Shown here: positions 1 to 10,380 of the stretch, in pieces | Layout: the number at the start of each line of letters is the position of its first letter | How positions within the stretch are numbered: position 1 is the first letter of the stretch | Origin: an uncultured Phycisphaerales bacterium | GTDB lineage: Bacteria; Planctomycetota; Phycisphaerae; Tepidisphaerales; Tepidisphaeraceae | Assembly: GCA_963755915.1 (NCBI GenBank) | Contig: CAVWLP010000003.1 | Location: 1,120,001 to 1,184,000, forward strand | Length of the DNA: 64,000 bases | Reading direction: 5' to 3' | Notes under the pieces: model-generated | What the model was told of the DNA's origin: nothing | Database searches by the model: none | What the model saw: the letters and a program-made list of their open reading frames with translations, nothing else | Program-made: the position numbers and the translations under genes

Positions 1-179
1 CGATGATGTGCAGGGCTTCGCTGAACCCGGCGGCCTTGGCGAGGCGGCAATCGATGTTGCGGCCGATCATTTCGGTAATGACCTCGACGATGTCGACCTG
101 GTCGTCAACCACCAGCACGCGCGGGGAGGTGGAATGTTCGGTTTGGGGTGGTTGTCGGACTGGCGTCATTCGCTCTCCA

Positions 180-2477
180 TTACTTCGCGGACCGTCCGCT
201 TTCCGCGGACACCATTTTCCCATTGGCCGTTGGAAGCAGGATCAACGTCCTGGTTCCCTGCTGCGGGCGGCTTTCAAGCCGCATGGTCCCACCGCTGGAT
301 TCGAGCCAGCGCATCGCCTTGGGCAGCCCAAGTCCGCGGCGTCTGCCGGCGGGCTTATTGCTGAAGAACGGGTCGAAGGCGCGTTTCACCGTTTCTTCGT
401 CCATTCCACAGCCGTTGTCGGTGATCGTCAGCGCCACGCGGGACGAATAAGGGTCGTACGCCGCATGAATCGCCACGTGCCCTTTTTTCGGATCGGTCGC
501 CGACAGGGCGTTGTCGAGGACCTCTGTGAGCGCCGCGGAAACCTGCCGCGGATCGACCATCACCGGCGGGACATCGCCCATGGTCAGCTCAATCGTCCTA
601 TCGGCAGGATCGGTATGCTGCTTGGCATCGTGCAGCGCCCGGGCAACTAAATCTGCCAGGTCGGATTCTTCAAATTTGGGGGGCACCGGTTTGGCAAAGT
701 CCATCAGTTCGGAAATGATTTCGCTGAGGCGATGACTTTGATCGTAGATGAGATGGGCCATCGCTTTGTGCTTGGGGTCCGCTAATTGGCTGGCCAGCAA
801 CTGTGATCTGCCGCTGATTACCGCCAGGGGATTGTTCATCTCATGGGCGGCGCCGGCGGCCATTTCACCGATGCTGATCATCATTCGGGAATGAAGGATT
901 TCGTTTTGAGCGGACTGGAGTCGGCGATTGGCCTCGGCGAGTTGCTCGGCAAGAGCGCGGGCTTCTTCGCGAATCTGCGCGGTACGCAAGGCAAGCGCCC
1001 AGCCGCCCGCCATGGCGTTGAGTTCCTGCACCTGGGGGCTGAGCCGCTGGCTTTCACCGGCCGGTGCGCCCCAGACCACGCCGCCGACGCACGTGCCTTC
1101 GGCGCTGAGGCAGGTCCAATATCGCTGATCTCCAACGAGTCGCGGCGAAATCGCGGAGAGGAGCCAATCCAATTCGTCACCCGCGTGAAGGACCGGGCCA
1201 TCGCCGGCTCCAACCGTGGGGCGGGCATGGCAATCGACGAGGGAGGATTCGAAAATATCGCCGGCTTCGTCGAAGAGGAGGACTTCGGCGTAATCCTGGC
1301 CGGGCATCAGAGAAAACGCCGCGACACAGCGTACGCCGAGCACGCCCACCGCGGTCTGGCCGATCCCGCGGAGGACGATCTGCGGGGATGCATCCGGGCG
1401 AAGCTCGCCCTGAAAAGAGCTGAGAGCGTCAAAGAATTGTGCGCGGACGGCGAGGCGACGGTTCTTGGCCGCGAGCTGTCCGCTGACGCGGCCGAGTTCC
1501 TGGTTGGCCCGCGAAAGGGCCTGGTGATAAAGCTCCTGGGTGCTGGCCTGGCCGAGATGAAGCGCCTTGGCGCGCGATTCGATCCGGCCCACCAGGCCGG
1601 CGACGGCGGCGTCGATCGCCGCGACGGAGAGGCCGAGGGCTTCGCCCATTCGTTCCCGGCTGACGCTGAAGCTGTAGTTGCCGCTGTAGCCAAGATGCTG
1701 CTCGCGGACGATGAGGTCGGCGAGGGTGACCAGGTTGATCATCCGGGGGAATTTCACCGAGTCGGGCAGCGCTTCGGGAAGCTGGCCGTGCAGCCAGATG
1801 GTCTCGCGGATCATCTGCGGCAGTTCCCATCGCTCGGCCAGCCGTTTGCCGACGACCATGTGATCGAGGCCGATGACCGTGCGCTCGACATCCGCGATGT
1901 TTCCGCGCAAAAGGTCGGCGGCTTCAACGACGCGGGCAAAGCTTTTGGGAAGGATCGCATCGAGGGCGACTTTGCCCAAATCGTGAACTAGTCCGCAGAC
2001 GAACGCTTCGGAGGGTCGGAATCCGTTGCCGCGGCCCTGGGTTTTTTCCATCGCTTCGCCGAGCAATTCGGCGCAGCAGGCGGTCGCCAGCGAATGCTTC
2101 CAGAATTCCTCGCGCGAAAATTGGGATGAATTGGACCTGGCGGCGGAGAAGGTTTCGAAGACCGAGACGGCCAGGACGGCGCTGCGAATCGCCTCGAAAC
2201 CGAGGAGGATGACGGCGCGCTCGAGGGTGACCTCTTCGAGGCGAACGCCCATGTCGGCATGGTGGATGAGCTGAAGAATCCGGGTGGTGAGGGCGGAATC
2301 GCTGCTGATGAGAGCGACGATATCGCGGACCGAAGATTCCTGGTCGGCGACGGCTTCGATGACCCGCGCGGCGACGGCGGGGAGGGTGGGAAGCTCCTCA
2401 AGCTGCTGCAGGATCAGCTCGACGCGCCGGGGGGGAAGTTGGTCCGGGGACGAGGACATCTGGGGAATGATCGCCAT
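180..2477 (-). CDS. HDOD-domain sensor histidine kinase (HDOD + GAF-like + HisKA + HATPase)
   Basis: N-terminal LPTLP...FWKHSLATA...GLVHDLGK (HDOD); H-box AHEMNNPL; NALSA, DNGCGM, DPFFSNK, GLGL boxes. Confidence 0.9.
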   Translation of the reverse strand: MAIIPQMSSSPDQLPPRRVELILQQLEELPTLPAVAARVIEAVADQESSVRDIVALISSDSALTTRILQLIHHADMGVRLEEVTLERAVILLGFEAIRSAVLAVSVFETFSAARSNSSQFSREEFWKHSLATACCAELLGEAMEKTQGRGNGFRPSEAFVCGLVHDLGKVALDAILPKSFARVVEAADLLRGNIADVERTVIGLDHMVVGKRLAERWELPQMIRETIWLHGQLPEALPDSVKFPRMINLVTLADLIVREQHLGYSGNYSFSVSRERMGEALGLSVAAIDAAVAGLVGRIESRAKALHLGQASTQELYHQALSRANQELGRVSGQLAAKNRRLAVRAQFFDALSSFQGELRPDASPQIVLRGIGQTAVGVLGVRCVAAFSLMPGQDYAEVLLFDEAGDIFESSLVDCHARPTVGAGDGPVLHAGDELDWLLSAISPRLVGDQRYWTCLSAEGTCVGGVVWGAPAGESQRLSPQVQELNAMAGGWALALRTAQIREEARALAEQLAEANRRLQSAQNEILHSRMMISIGEMAAGAAHEMNNPLAVISGRSQLLASQLADPKHKAMAHLIYDQSHRLSEIISELMDFAKPVPPKFEESDLADLVARALHDAKQHTDPADRTIELTMGDVPPVMVDPRQVSAALTEVLDNALSATDPKKGHVAIHAAYDPYSSRVALTITDNGCGMDEETVKRAFDPFFSNKPAGRRRGLGLPKAMRWLESSGGTMRLESRPQQGTRTLILLPTANGKMVSAESGRSAK

Positions 2478-2540
2478 TTTTCCCTCTCCCGAAACCCAAT
2501 GGGAGAGGGAGCTAAAGCGTTTCAGCGGGGAAACCGCCGA

Positions 2541-3104
2541 TCACGCCCCCAGCATTTCCCCGATCCGTTCAATCAGCTTTTCGATGTTGAACGGCTTCTT
2601 GACGAAATCGTCGGCCCCGGCCTTGAGCAGGTCGTTGATCTCATCCTGGTTCACAACGCCCGAGACGATGACGATTTTCATGTGCTCGAAGTTGGGATTT
2701 TTGCGGATGGTCTGGCAGACGACGTTGCCGTTGATGTCGGGAAGCATGTAGTCCAGGATGACCAGGTCGGGGAGGAATTCCTGGGTGAGGATGCCGGCGT
2801 CATAGCCCGTCGCGGCGGTCTTCACTTCGAAGCGGCCGTCGCGTTCCAGAACGTCGACGAAGAGCTCGACAATCTCCGGATCGTCATCCACAACCAGGAT
2901 CTTCAGCTTGCCGTTGTCCAAGGCATCCGGTGGGATGCCGTTGTCCTTCATAAAGGCGATCAGGGCATCGCGGGGAATGCGACGGAACCGGCTGCCGGGC
3001 ACCCGGAACCCACGCAGACGACCACTGTCAAAACAGCGAATAATGGTCTGCTGTGAAACTTTGCAGATCTCTGCGGCCTCTCCAGTCGTGAATACGGTCT
3101 TCAT
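2541..3104 (-). CDS. Response regulator with N-terminal excisionase-type HTH and C-terminal receiver domain
   Basis: FTTGEAAEICKVSQQTIIRCFDSG HTH followed by ILVVDDD...LDYMLPD...KKPF; architecture typical of planctomycetes. Confidence 0.9.
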   Translation of the reverse strand: MKTVFTTGEAAEICKVSQQTIIRCFDSGRLRGFRVPGSRFRRIPRDALIAFMKDNGIPPDALDNGKLKILVVDDDPEIVELFVDVLERDGRFEVKTAATGYDAGILTQEFLPDLVILDYMLPDINGNVVCQTIRKNPNFEHMKIVIVSGVVNQDEINDLLKAGADDFVKKPFNIEKLIERIGEMLGA

Positions 3105-3334
3105 GGTTTCCTCGAAGCAAGCTGTTAAAATCGGCGAGAGTATTACAGGCTTTATTGTTTTACCTGTTTATCCATCTTCGCTATTTGAACATCGGCCGTA
3201 ACAATTTGCAACTTAAACAACGCGCTTACGTTAAAACGCGCAAATCAGGCAAGATCGGAAGAACACACGACTTAGACATACTACGTCAGATAAAAGGCGT
3301 GGTTCAGAGCCGGTTTGGGGAAAAATGAGGGGCT

Positions 3335-4135
3335 TCAGTAAGGGATTGGCCGGAGGTGGGTTGCGAAAAAAACGAAAATAGCGGTTCCGACGACGGCAAC
3401 GGTGAGGGTGCGCCAGAGGTTTACGGGCTGATCCAGCTTTCGGCTGAGGAGGCCACCGAGAATCAACCCCCCTACCAGGCCACCGCCGTGGGCGGAAAGA
3501 TCGACCTCGCGGGACATGACGGCGAAGATGAAGTTGTAAACCACGAAGATCCCCACCGAATTACCCAGGGAGCGCAAAATCTGCGCTGGAACGGCTCCCC
3601 GCTGCACATATAAGTAGCCAAGCAGAGCGCCAAAGACGCCAAAGACCGCCCCAGAAGCGCCACCGGTAAGGCTTCGCGGATGAAAGTGCAGGCTGACGAA
3701 GCTGCCGGTTAATCCGGAAAGCAGGTAGATCACCAGATAGGTGAAGTTGCCAAAGAGCCGTTCCACGATCTGGCCCCCCTGCCAGAGGACGAACATGTTC
3801 ATGCCGATGTGGATGATTCCGAAATGGACGAACATTTCGGTGAAGAGCCGCCAGGATTGGTGATCGGTGGTGAGGGGACCGTAGCCGGCGCCCCAGCGAA
3901 GCATCTGCTGCGGGGTGGGATCGAAAAATCCGCCGCCGGTGAGAACCATCAGGCCGAAGACCAGGGCGTTGGCGGCGATGAGGGCGTTGGTAACGTAAAT
4001 CCGCGGGGTGAGTGTGAAGAGCCGGCGATAAAACGCCACCTCCGGCGGCTCCCCGGCGTAATTCACCTGCACATGAATCGGCTGCTCGCCGGCTCCGGGC
4101 ACGGGAGGCAGGGGAAATCGCGGATCGGTACTCAT
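3335..4135 (-). CDS. Rhomboid family intramembrane serine protease
   Basis: WRLFT..FVHFGIIHIGMNM, GASG catalytic Ser motif, AHGGG catalytic His; multiple TM segments. Confidence 0.92.
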   Translation of the reverse strand: MSTDPRFPLPPVPGAGEQPIHVQVNYAGEPPEVAFYRRLFTLTPRIYVTNALIAANALVFGLMVLTGGGFFDPTPQQMLRWGAGYGPLTTDHQSWRLFTEMFVHFGIIHIGMNMFVLWQGGQIVERLFGNFTYLVIYLLSGLTGSFVSLHFHPRSLTGGASGAVFGVFGALLGYLYVQRGAVPAQILRSLGNSVGIFVVYNFIFAVMSREVDLSAHGGGLVGGLILGGLLSRKLDQPVNLWRTLTVAVVGTAIFVFFATHLRPIPY

Positions 4136-4188
4136 TTCGACTCTGGGATCGGAAAACACATCTCACCGCGGTGAGCCGCATTTCTCAA

Positions 4189-4788
4189 TCAGCGATAGAA
4201 TTCGATGATCAGGTTCAGGTTCACTTCGAAGGGAACGTCTTCGATCACGGGCATGGCCTTGATCGTGCCGGTGAGTTGGGCGGGGTTCCATTCCAGCCAG
4301 TTGGGGACCTGGTGGCCGGCGTTCTGCTCCATGTTGTCGCGAAGAACTTTGTGAATGCCTTCCTTGAAGGTGATCGTCTGGCCGGCCTTGACGAGGAAGC
4401 TGGCGATGTCGGTCTTTTGGCCGTCGACGATCACGTGTCCGTGCGAAACGATCTGGCGGGTGGCCCAGATCGTGCGGCCGACGCCGAGGCGGCGAAGGAC
4501 GTTGTCGAGGCGGCACTCCAGAAGCTGCATCAGCGTGTTGGCGGTGTTGCCCTTGGATTTTTTGGCGATGGTCAGAAATCGGCGGAATTGCTTCTCGTAC
4601 ATGCCGTAGTGATAGCGGAGCTTCTGTTTCTCGTTGAGGCGAACGCCGTATTCGGTGTTCCGGCGGCCGCGATACCCGTGCATGCCGGGGAGTTCGAGCT
4701 CGCCTCTTGCGGTGTGTTTGGGAACGTCGGCAATCGGAACGCCAACACGACGGGAGAGCTTCAGCTTCGGACCGGTATAGCGGCCCAT
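4189..4788 (-). CDS. rpsD: 30S ribosomal protein S4
   Basis: MGRYTGPK..SRR, EYG.RLNEKQK, LECRLDNV, RQIVSHGH, IIEFYR. Confidence 0.97.
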   Translation of the reverse strand: MGRYTGPKLKLSRRVGVPIADVPKHTARGELELPGMHGYRGRRNTEYGVRLNEKQKLRYHYGMYEKQFRRFLTIAKKSKGNTANTLMQLLECRLDNVLRRLGVGRTIWATRQIVSHGHVIVDGQKTDIASFLVKAGQTITFKEGIHKVLRDNMEQNAGHQVPNWLEWNPAQLTGTIKAMPVIEDVPFEVNLNLIIEFYR

Positions 4789-4914
4789 GAGAGATCACTT
4801 TCTACGGGCGATTCGGGGCCCGTCTCAAAACATGCGCGGCGGCTGAAAAGGTCGGCCGACTTATACGCGGTCATCCACCGGCATGGTTCTGAGGCATGCG
4901 AGGTGGGGATCAGG

Positions 4915-4942
4915 AGTATAGCGATGGGGCGTGTGGAATCAA
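4915..4942 (-). promoter_or_regulatory. Putative sigma70 promoter of rpsD
   Basis: Minus strand TTGATT-N16-TATACT, about 125 nt upstream of the rpsD ATG. Confidence 0.45.
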
Positions 4943-4982
4943 TTCGGCTTGGCCGCGAACACGACAGTGCCGCAAGAGAAAC

Positions 4983-5056
4983 AACGGGGACGCAGCTAGT
5001 TTTTAACTAGCTGCGTCCCCGTTTTCGGAGCTGGAGATAACTGGGACGCAGCTAGA
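4983..5056. repeat. REP-like palindrome (19-bp arms, 3-nt loop) plus extra half copy
   Basis: aacggggacgcagctagtt-ttt-aactagctgcgtccccgtt at 4983-5023; gggacgcagctag repeated at 5043-5055. Confidence 0.85.
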
Positions 5057-5093
5057 TTTGGCCAGCGACCAGGTTCTCGGTATTCTGGTGCTC

Positions 5094-5801
5094 ATGCCCA
5101 GACAAGCCCGCGCCGCCCCTGGTGGTCTGATCTATCACGTGCTCAACCGTTCGGTTGGACGAATGAAATTATTCCGGAATGACCGCGATTATGCGGCGTT
5201 CGAGCGTGTTCTCCAAGAAGCACACCAACATTTTCCCATCCGGCTCCTGGACTACTGCATCATGTCAAACCACTGGCACTTCGTTGTCTGGCCAAAGGAG
5301 GATGGCGAAGTGAGCCAATTCTTCCGGTGGCTTGCCCACACGCACGCGATGCGTTGGCGCGTGTCTCACGAAACGGTTGGAGACGGGCATCTTTACCAGG
5401 GCCGGTTCAAAAGTTTCCCCGTGCAGGATGACGAACATTTTTTGACACTCTGCCGATATGTCGAGCGCAATCCCGTTGTGGTTGGGGCCGTGGAACGTGC
5501 GGAACTCTGGCGATGGGGCAGCCTCTGGGCACGCCTGCAAGGTGACGTGAAACAAAGATCCATGCTCTCGCCGTGGCCTGTCGACCGGCCACGTGACTGG
5601 ATCAAGCATGTCAACGAACCGCTTCACGAAGGCGAGTTGTCGGCGATCAAAACGAGCCTCCTGCGAGGCAGGCCGCTGGGAAGTTCCGCGTGGATCGACA
5701 AAACTGTTGCGCGTCTCAACCTGGGTCACACTGTCCGAAGAGAGGGACGGCCGAGAGTATCCGAAAAACGGGAAACGGGGACGCAGCTAGATAGAAACTA
5801 G
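5094..5801 (+). CDS. REP-associated tyrosine transposase (RAYT, Y1/IS200-like HUH)
   Basis: MPR..R, YHVLNR, CIMSNHWH (HUH motif), GHLYQGRFKSF, YVERNP; flanked by REP palindromes. Confidence 0.88.
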   Translation: MPRQARAAPGGLIYHVLNRSVGRMKLFRNDRDYAAFERVLQEAHQHFPIRLLDYCIMSNHWHFVVWPKEDGEVSQFFRWLAHTHAMRWRVSHETVGDGHLYQGRFKSFPVQDDEHFLTLCRYVERNPVVVGAVERAELWRWGSLWARLQGDVKQRSMLSPWPVDRPRDWIKHVNEPLHEGELSAIKTSLLRGRPLGSSAWIDKTVARLNLGHTVRREGRPRVSEKRETGTQLDRN

Positions 5802-5814
5802 CTGCCCCCCGTTT
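5773..5814. repeat. REP-like imperfect palindrome, same family as 4983-5023
   Basis: aaacggggacgcagctag-atagaaa-ctagctgccccccgttt, overlapping the RAYT stop codon. Confidence 0.8.
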
Positions 5815-5921
5815 TTTGGCGGGCCCCTGTCAGATTCTTTGCATTCTCATCAATCACACAGAAAAATTCCGGGATTTTTGAAAAATAGGTCCAAAACGTA
5901 CACCCTTTGGACCTATATATA

Positions 5922-7599
5922 CCCGGATTTCCCAGATGGCACTGGACTCCGCGTATAATGAATTGTCGTTTGGCCGCGTGAATATAGCCCTTTTTCCAAC
6001 ATTCGGGACATGATGTCGGGAGAACCCAATGGGTGCAAGCAGCACGGAAGCTCTCGGGATGGTTTTTGACGTGAGTCTGAAGCTCGAATTTCACGGCTCA
6101 AGAGTCACCAGCGACGCAGGATTGCTGGTCTATCGGGAACTGGATGAAACGCTGGGCTTGACGAGCATGGCTGGAACTCTGCTCCAGGATTGGCGCACCG
6201 GGAAGAACACCCAGCACACCCTGGTGGGTCTACTTCGTCAATCCATCTACAGCCGACTGGCCGGTTACGAAGATACCAATGACGCCGAGCGATTGGCCGT
6301 TGATCCGACGATGCGGCAGTTGGTCGGCGGCAGAGCCAAACAGCGCACCGCCGCCTCCACCAGCCAGATGGGCAGGTTTGAGACCGACGTGCTGACGCAA
6401 CCGGAAAACCTCAGAGTGTTGAGCAGCCTGTCGGGCCAATGGATCGACACGTTACGGCAGCGCAAGCCCAGCGACCGAATCATTCTGGACATGGATAGTT
6501 CGGTGAGTGAGACCTACGGCCAGCAGGAGGGATCGGCCTACAACGGTTACTTCGAATGCACCTGCTACCACCCGGTGTTTTGTTTCAACCAGCATGGAGA
6601 CCTGGAACGGGCACTGCTTCGCAACGGCAACGTGCACAGCGCCGATGATTGGCGGTCGGTACTGGAGCCGGTGGTCGCCCGCTATCGAACCATGCCGGTG
6701 AAAAAGTTCTTTCGCGGCGATTCGGCCTTCGCCATTCCCGAGTTGTACGAGTTTCTCGAAACCGAGGGCTATCAGTATGCGATCCGCCTGAAGTCAAACA
6801 GGCTGTTGGAGCAGGAGATTGAGCATCTGCTGAAGCGTCCGGTGGGCCGTCCGCCGGAGAAGCCGATTGTGCTGTTCCATGACTTCCACTACCGGGCCGC
6901 CAGTTGGGATAAGGCCCGCCGGGTGGTGGCCAAAGTCGAATGGCATCGGGATGAACTGTTCCCACGCGTAGGGTTCATCGTCACCAACATCGGCGGAGGC
7001 GCTGCACCCGTCACCTGGTTCTACAATGGCCGGGGCACGGCGGAGCAGTGGATCAAGGAGGGCAAGAATGCGGTGCGGTGGACCAAGCTGTCCTGCCACG
7101 ACTTCGTGGACAACCAGGTTCGCCTGCAACTGTTCGCCCTGGCGTACAATCTGGGGAATTTCCTGCGGCGGTTGGCGCTGCCCGGAGCCGTGAAGCATTG
7201 GACGCTGACCACGTTGCGGGAGAAGCTGATCAAGATTGGGGCCAAGGTCGTGCATCACGCCCGCCGGGTGGTCTTTCAGATGGCCGAGGTGGCGATCCCT
7301 CGCCCACTGTTCGCGGCGATCCTGAGGCGGATCGAGCGATTGCGTCTGCTGACCCCGGCCTCACCATGAGCGCGATACCCGCAAAATCGAGGCGGAGACG
7401 GGCCGGGGCGCGGTGGGTCTGTCCTCGGGAGGCCGCAAATCGGTTTTCTGCCGCTGAAACAGCCATTGGCGCAGTGTTTTTGGCCAAGATTCCGAGTCGC
7501 TGGGACAGGATTTTGCTTGTTTGCAGTACGCTGGCGCGGTATCACGCTTCCCCGTTGCTCGCGACGGTCGCGGGCGGGAAGTCAAATGGGAAATGTCGG
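5922..7599 (+). mobile_element. IS1380-family insertion sequence
   Basis: Imperfect terminal IRs cccggatttcccag / atgggaaatgtcgg; 5-bp direct repeat ATATA at 5917-5921 and 7600-7604; one transposase ORF. Confidence 0.85.
6029..7369 (+). CDS. IS1380-family DDE transposase
   Basis: [41 protein letters not shown] motifs. Confidence 0.92.
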   Translation: MGASSTEALGMVFDVSLKLEFHGSRVTSDAGLLVYRELDETLGLTSMAGTLLQDWRTGKNTQHTLVGLLRQSIYSRLAGYEDTNDAERLAVDPTMRQLVGGRAKQRTAASTSQMGRFETDVLTQPENLRVLSSLSGQWIDTLRQRKPSDRIILDMDSSVSETYGQQEGSAYNGYFECTCYHPVFCFNQHGDLERALLRNGNVHSADDWRSVLEPVVARYRTMPVKKFFRGDSAFAIPELYEFLETEGYQYAIRLKSNRLLEQEIEHLLKRPVGRPPEKPIVLFHDFHYRAASWDKARRVVAKVEWHRDELFPRVGFIVTNIGGGAAPVTWFYNGRGTAEQWIKEGKNAVRWTKLSCHDFVDNQVRLQLFALAYNLGNFLRRLALPGAVKHWTLTTLREKLIKIGAKVVHHARRVVFQMAEVAIPRPLFAAILRRIERLRLLTPASP

Positions 7600-7837
7600 A
7601 TATATGAGCACTGTTCCTCGGCACAAAGCGCCGTAGATAGCCGCCCGATCTGCCCAGATTTTGGGGGGTATTGGGGAATCGACTGAAATTCATTCCCATA
7701 TCCCCTCCGTCTCCAATTTGGGGAAAAGTGAGATAACGTGAGATAAAGTGGGAGTACCCAAATGGGGAATTCCGGGGAAATCGCCTGCTCCTCCGCCGGA
7801 CCACGCGGGACGTTCTCCCCCTTCCGCAGCTAAATCC

Positions 7838-10365
7838 CTATTTGGGGGTCCTCGGCCCAGTCAGCCTCAGCGCCGCGTTAATCAAGCCCAGATGCGAATA
7901 CGCTTGCGGGAAATTTCCCAGCGTCATTTTGCTCGGCGGGTCATATTCCTCCGCCATCAATCCGGTCGGCCCGGCGAGCGCCGCGTACCCTTCGAAAAGC
8001 TCTTCGGCTTCCTTCCAACGCCCCAGAAGTGCGTAGGATTCGATGAGCCAGGTGGTGCAGATGTTGAATCCCCCTTCGATGCCGGGCAGGCCGTCGTCGT
8101 AGCGGTAGCGATAGACGACCGGGCCTTCGCGCAGTTCGCGCTCGACGGCCTGGACCGTGGAAACGAAGCGGGGATCGGTTGGTGGAAGCAGGCCGCTGAG
8201 GCCGACCCAGAGCGCGGCGGCGTCGATATCGGGGCTTTCGTAGCTGGCACAGAACGCGCCAACCTTTTCGTGCCAGCCATGCGCGAGGACGTCGTCCGCG
8301 ATTTCCTGGCGGAGTTTTATCCAATCCGGGCGGTCGTGGCCCATGTACTCAGCCACTTTCAGGGCGGAGTTGACGGTCTGCCAGCACATGACCTTGGAAT
8401 GAACGTGATGTTTGCGCGAATCGCGGATTTCCCAGATGCCGTGATCGGCCTCGCGCCAGCGTTGGGCGACGGCCCCCACCATGGACTCGGCCATTCGCCA
8501 GTGTTCGGGGGTGAGGGACATTCCGCGCTCGGCCTGCATGGCGATCAGCTCGGCGACGGGGCCGAGCACGTCGAGCTGGACCTGGTGTGCGGCGACGTTG
8601 CCGACACGGACCGGCCGGCTGCCGCGATATCCGGAAAGCTCGGCGATGGAGCCTTCGGGGCCGAGGTGGCCGCCGGTCACCGTGTAGACCGGATGGATCA
8701 GGGAGTTGGGCTGCAATTCTTCGAGAATACCGATGAACCCATCGAGCAGTTTCATCGCCGGCCCCGGGCGCCGAGTTTCGTCAGCGCCATCGCCGACATG
8801 GCCGCATCGCGTGGCCAGCAGAAGCGGTAGTCCCAGTTGCGCACGCCGCCGGCATGCTCGGGGAGGCTGGTCGTCGCGGCCGCGGCGATGGCGCCGGTGG
8901 GGCCGTAGACAAGGGCCCGCAACACCAGCGCCGTGCGCAAGCAGATCGCGATGAAACTCCGGCAGTTTCAACGTCGAAGCCCAGACGCTCCAAAACCGGT
9001 CCGTCTGCGCCCGGCGATCGCTTTCGGCGGTCAGGGCGGGGGCAAAGCTGGCCGTGCCGTAGCGGAGTTCAAGAACGATCGGGTCGCCCTTCACTTCCAC
9101 TTCCGCGACGGCCGTATCGTGCTTGCCTTCTTTGACGATCGACCAGCGAACTCCCGGCGCGTACAGCACGCACGCATCGAGAATCCCTTCGACAACCAAT
9201 CCTTTCTCCGCGACGCGGAGGCGGGTTTCGAGGGTGCCGAAATTGATGCGCGGCGCGAAGCTGATTTTCGCCCGGCCCTTGCCCTCGATGACGCGGATCA
9301 AGTCGGTGCGTCCGGCGCGCTGATAGGGGCGGCCCGCGGAGCAGTCCAGGTAGTCGATCACCTGGATAGAATCCCAGGCGGTTTTAAGGATGAACGTGTT
9401 GCCGACGTATTGCTGTTTCGCGGGCGCCCCGCAGGAAGCGGGCAGATGTCGAAATATCCGGCTGCGGGGCCGAGGATTTCCGCGAACAGAGCCGAGGAAT
9501 CGATGCGCGGCATGCAGAGCCAGGCGATTCGGCCTTGCGGGCCGATGAGCGCGCAAGTGCGCTGGTCAGAGAGCATCGAATGGCGTTCGATGGGAACGGC
9601 CCTGGAGCCGGCGATCCAGGCTTGCCGTTTTTCCGCGAGCCGGGCCAGCAGCCGGGCGGCGTCTTCGGTCGTATTCACGCGGAATTTGGCGATGGTGTCG
9701 CCTTCACCGACTTTGATTCCCACATCCGGCCCGGCGAGCTTTGCAAAGACGTCTTCATCGGTGATGTCGTCGCCCAGGAATATCACGGCCGATGCGCCGA
9801 GGCGCTGGCGAAGTTTTTGAAGGGCCTCGCCTTTGTCGGTCTTGACGACACTCAGTTCCAGAATCTTTTTTCCGTTGCGGGCGTGCAGACCCTCTTCGCC
9901 GCGGAGTGAATCGAGCAGCTCATGCGCGGCCTTTGAGCCCGCGTCCGGGTCGGCGTTTCGAAAATGAAAGGCGATTGCCGCGGGTTTTTGCTCGACCCTC
10001 GTTCCCGGCGTGGCTTGCGAAATTCGCCGAGCGGTTTCTTTCGCTTTTTGAAGCAATGTGGCGCTTTTGGAATCGAGATGGGCCGCATATCCGACTTCGA
10101 ACTCGCCGCCGTGGCTTCCGACGAGATGAGCGCGCTCGAGGCCTTTGAGATGCGGGCCCAGATCGGAAAGCGAGCGTCCGGAAATAATGGCGACTTGGGT
10201 CTGGCTCGTCTCGGCGAGGGATTTGAGGGCCACCAGCGCCTCGCGATGGATTTCGGCTTGGTCGGGATCATCGACGATCGGCGCCAGCGTTCCGTCGTAA
10301 TCGGAAGCGACGATCAGCACCGGCGCCTGGGCGGCTTCATCGATATGGCTTTGCAAATCCTCCAT
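7838..10365 (-). CDS. otsB: Trehalose-6-phosphate phosphatase fused to GH15 (trehalase-like) domain; frameshifted
   Basis: HAD motifs [18 protein letters not shown] in 9358-10365; GH15 motifs [17 protein letters not shown] (8752-8940 frame), [19 protein letters not shown]; frame breaks near 9430, 8940 and 8770. Confidence 0.82.
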
Positions 10366-10380
10366 GCTGGTTTGCCCGAT

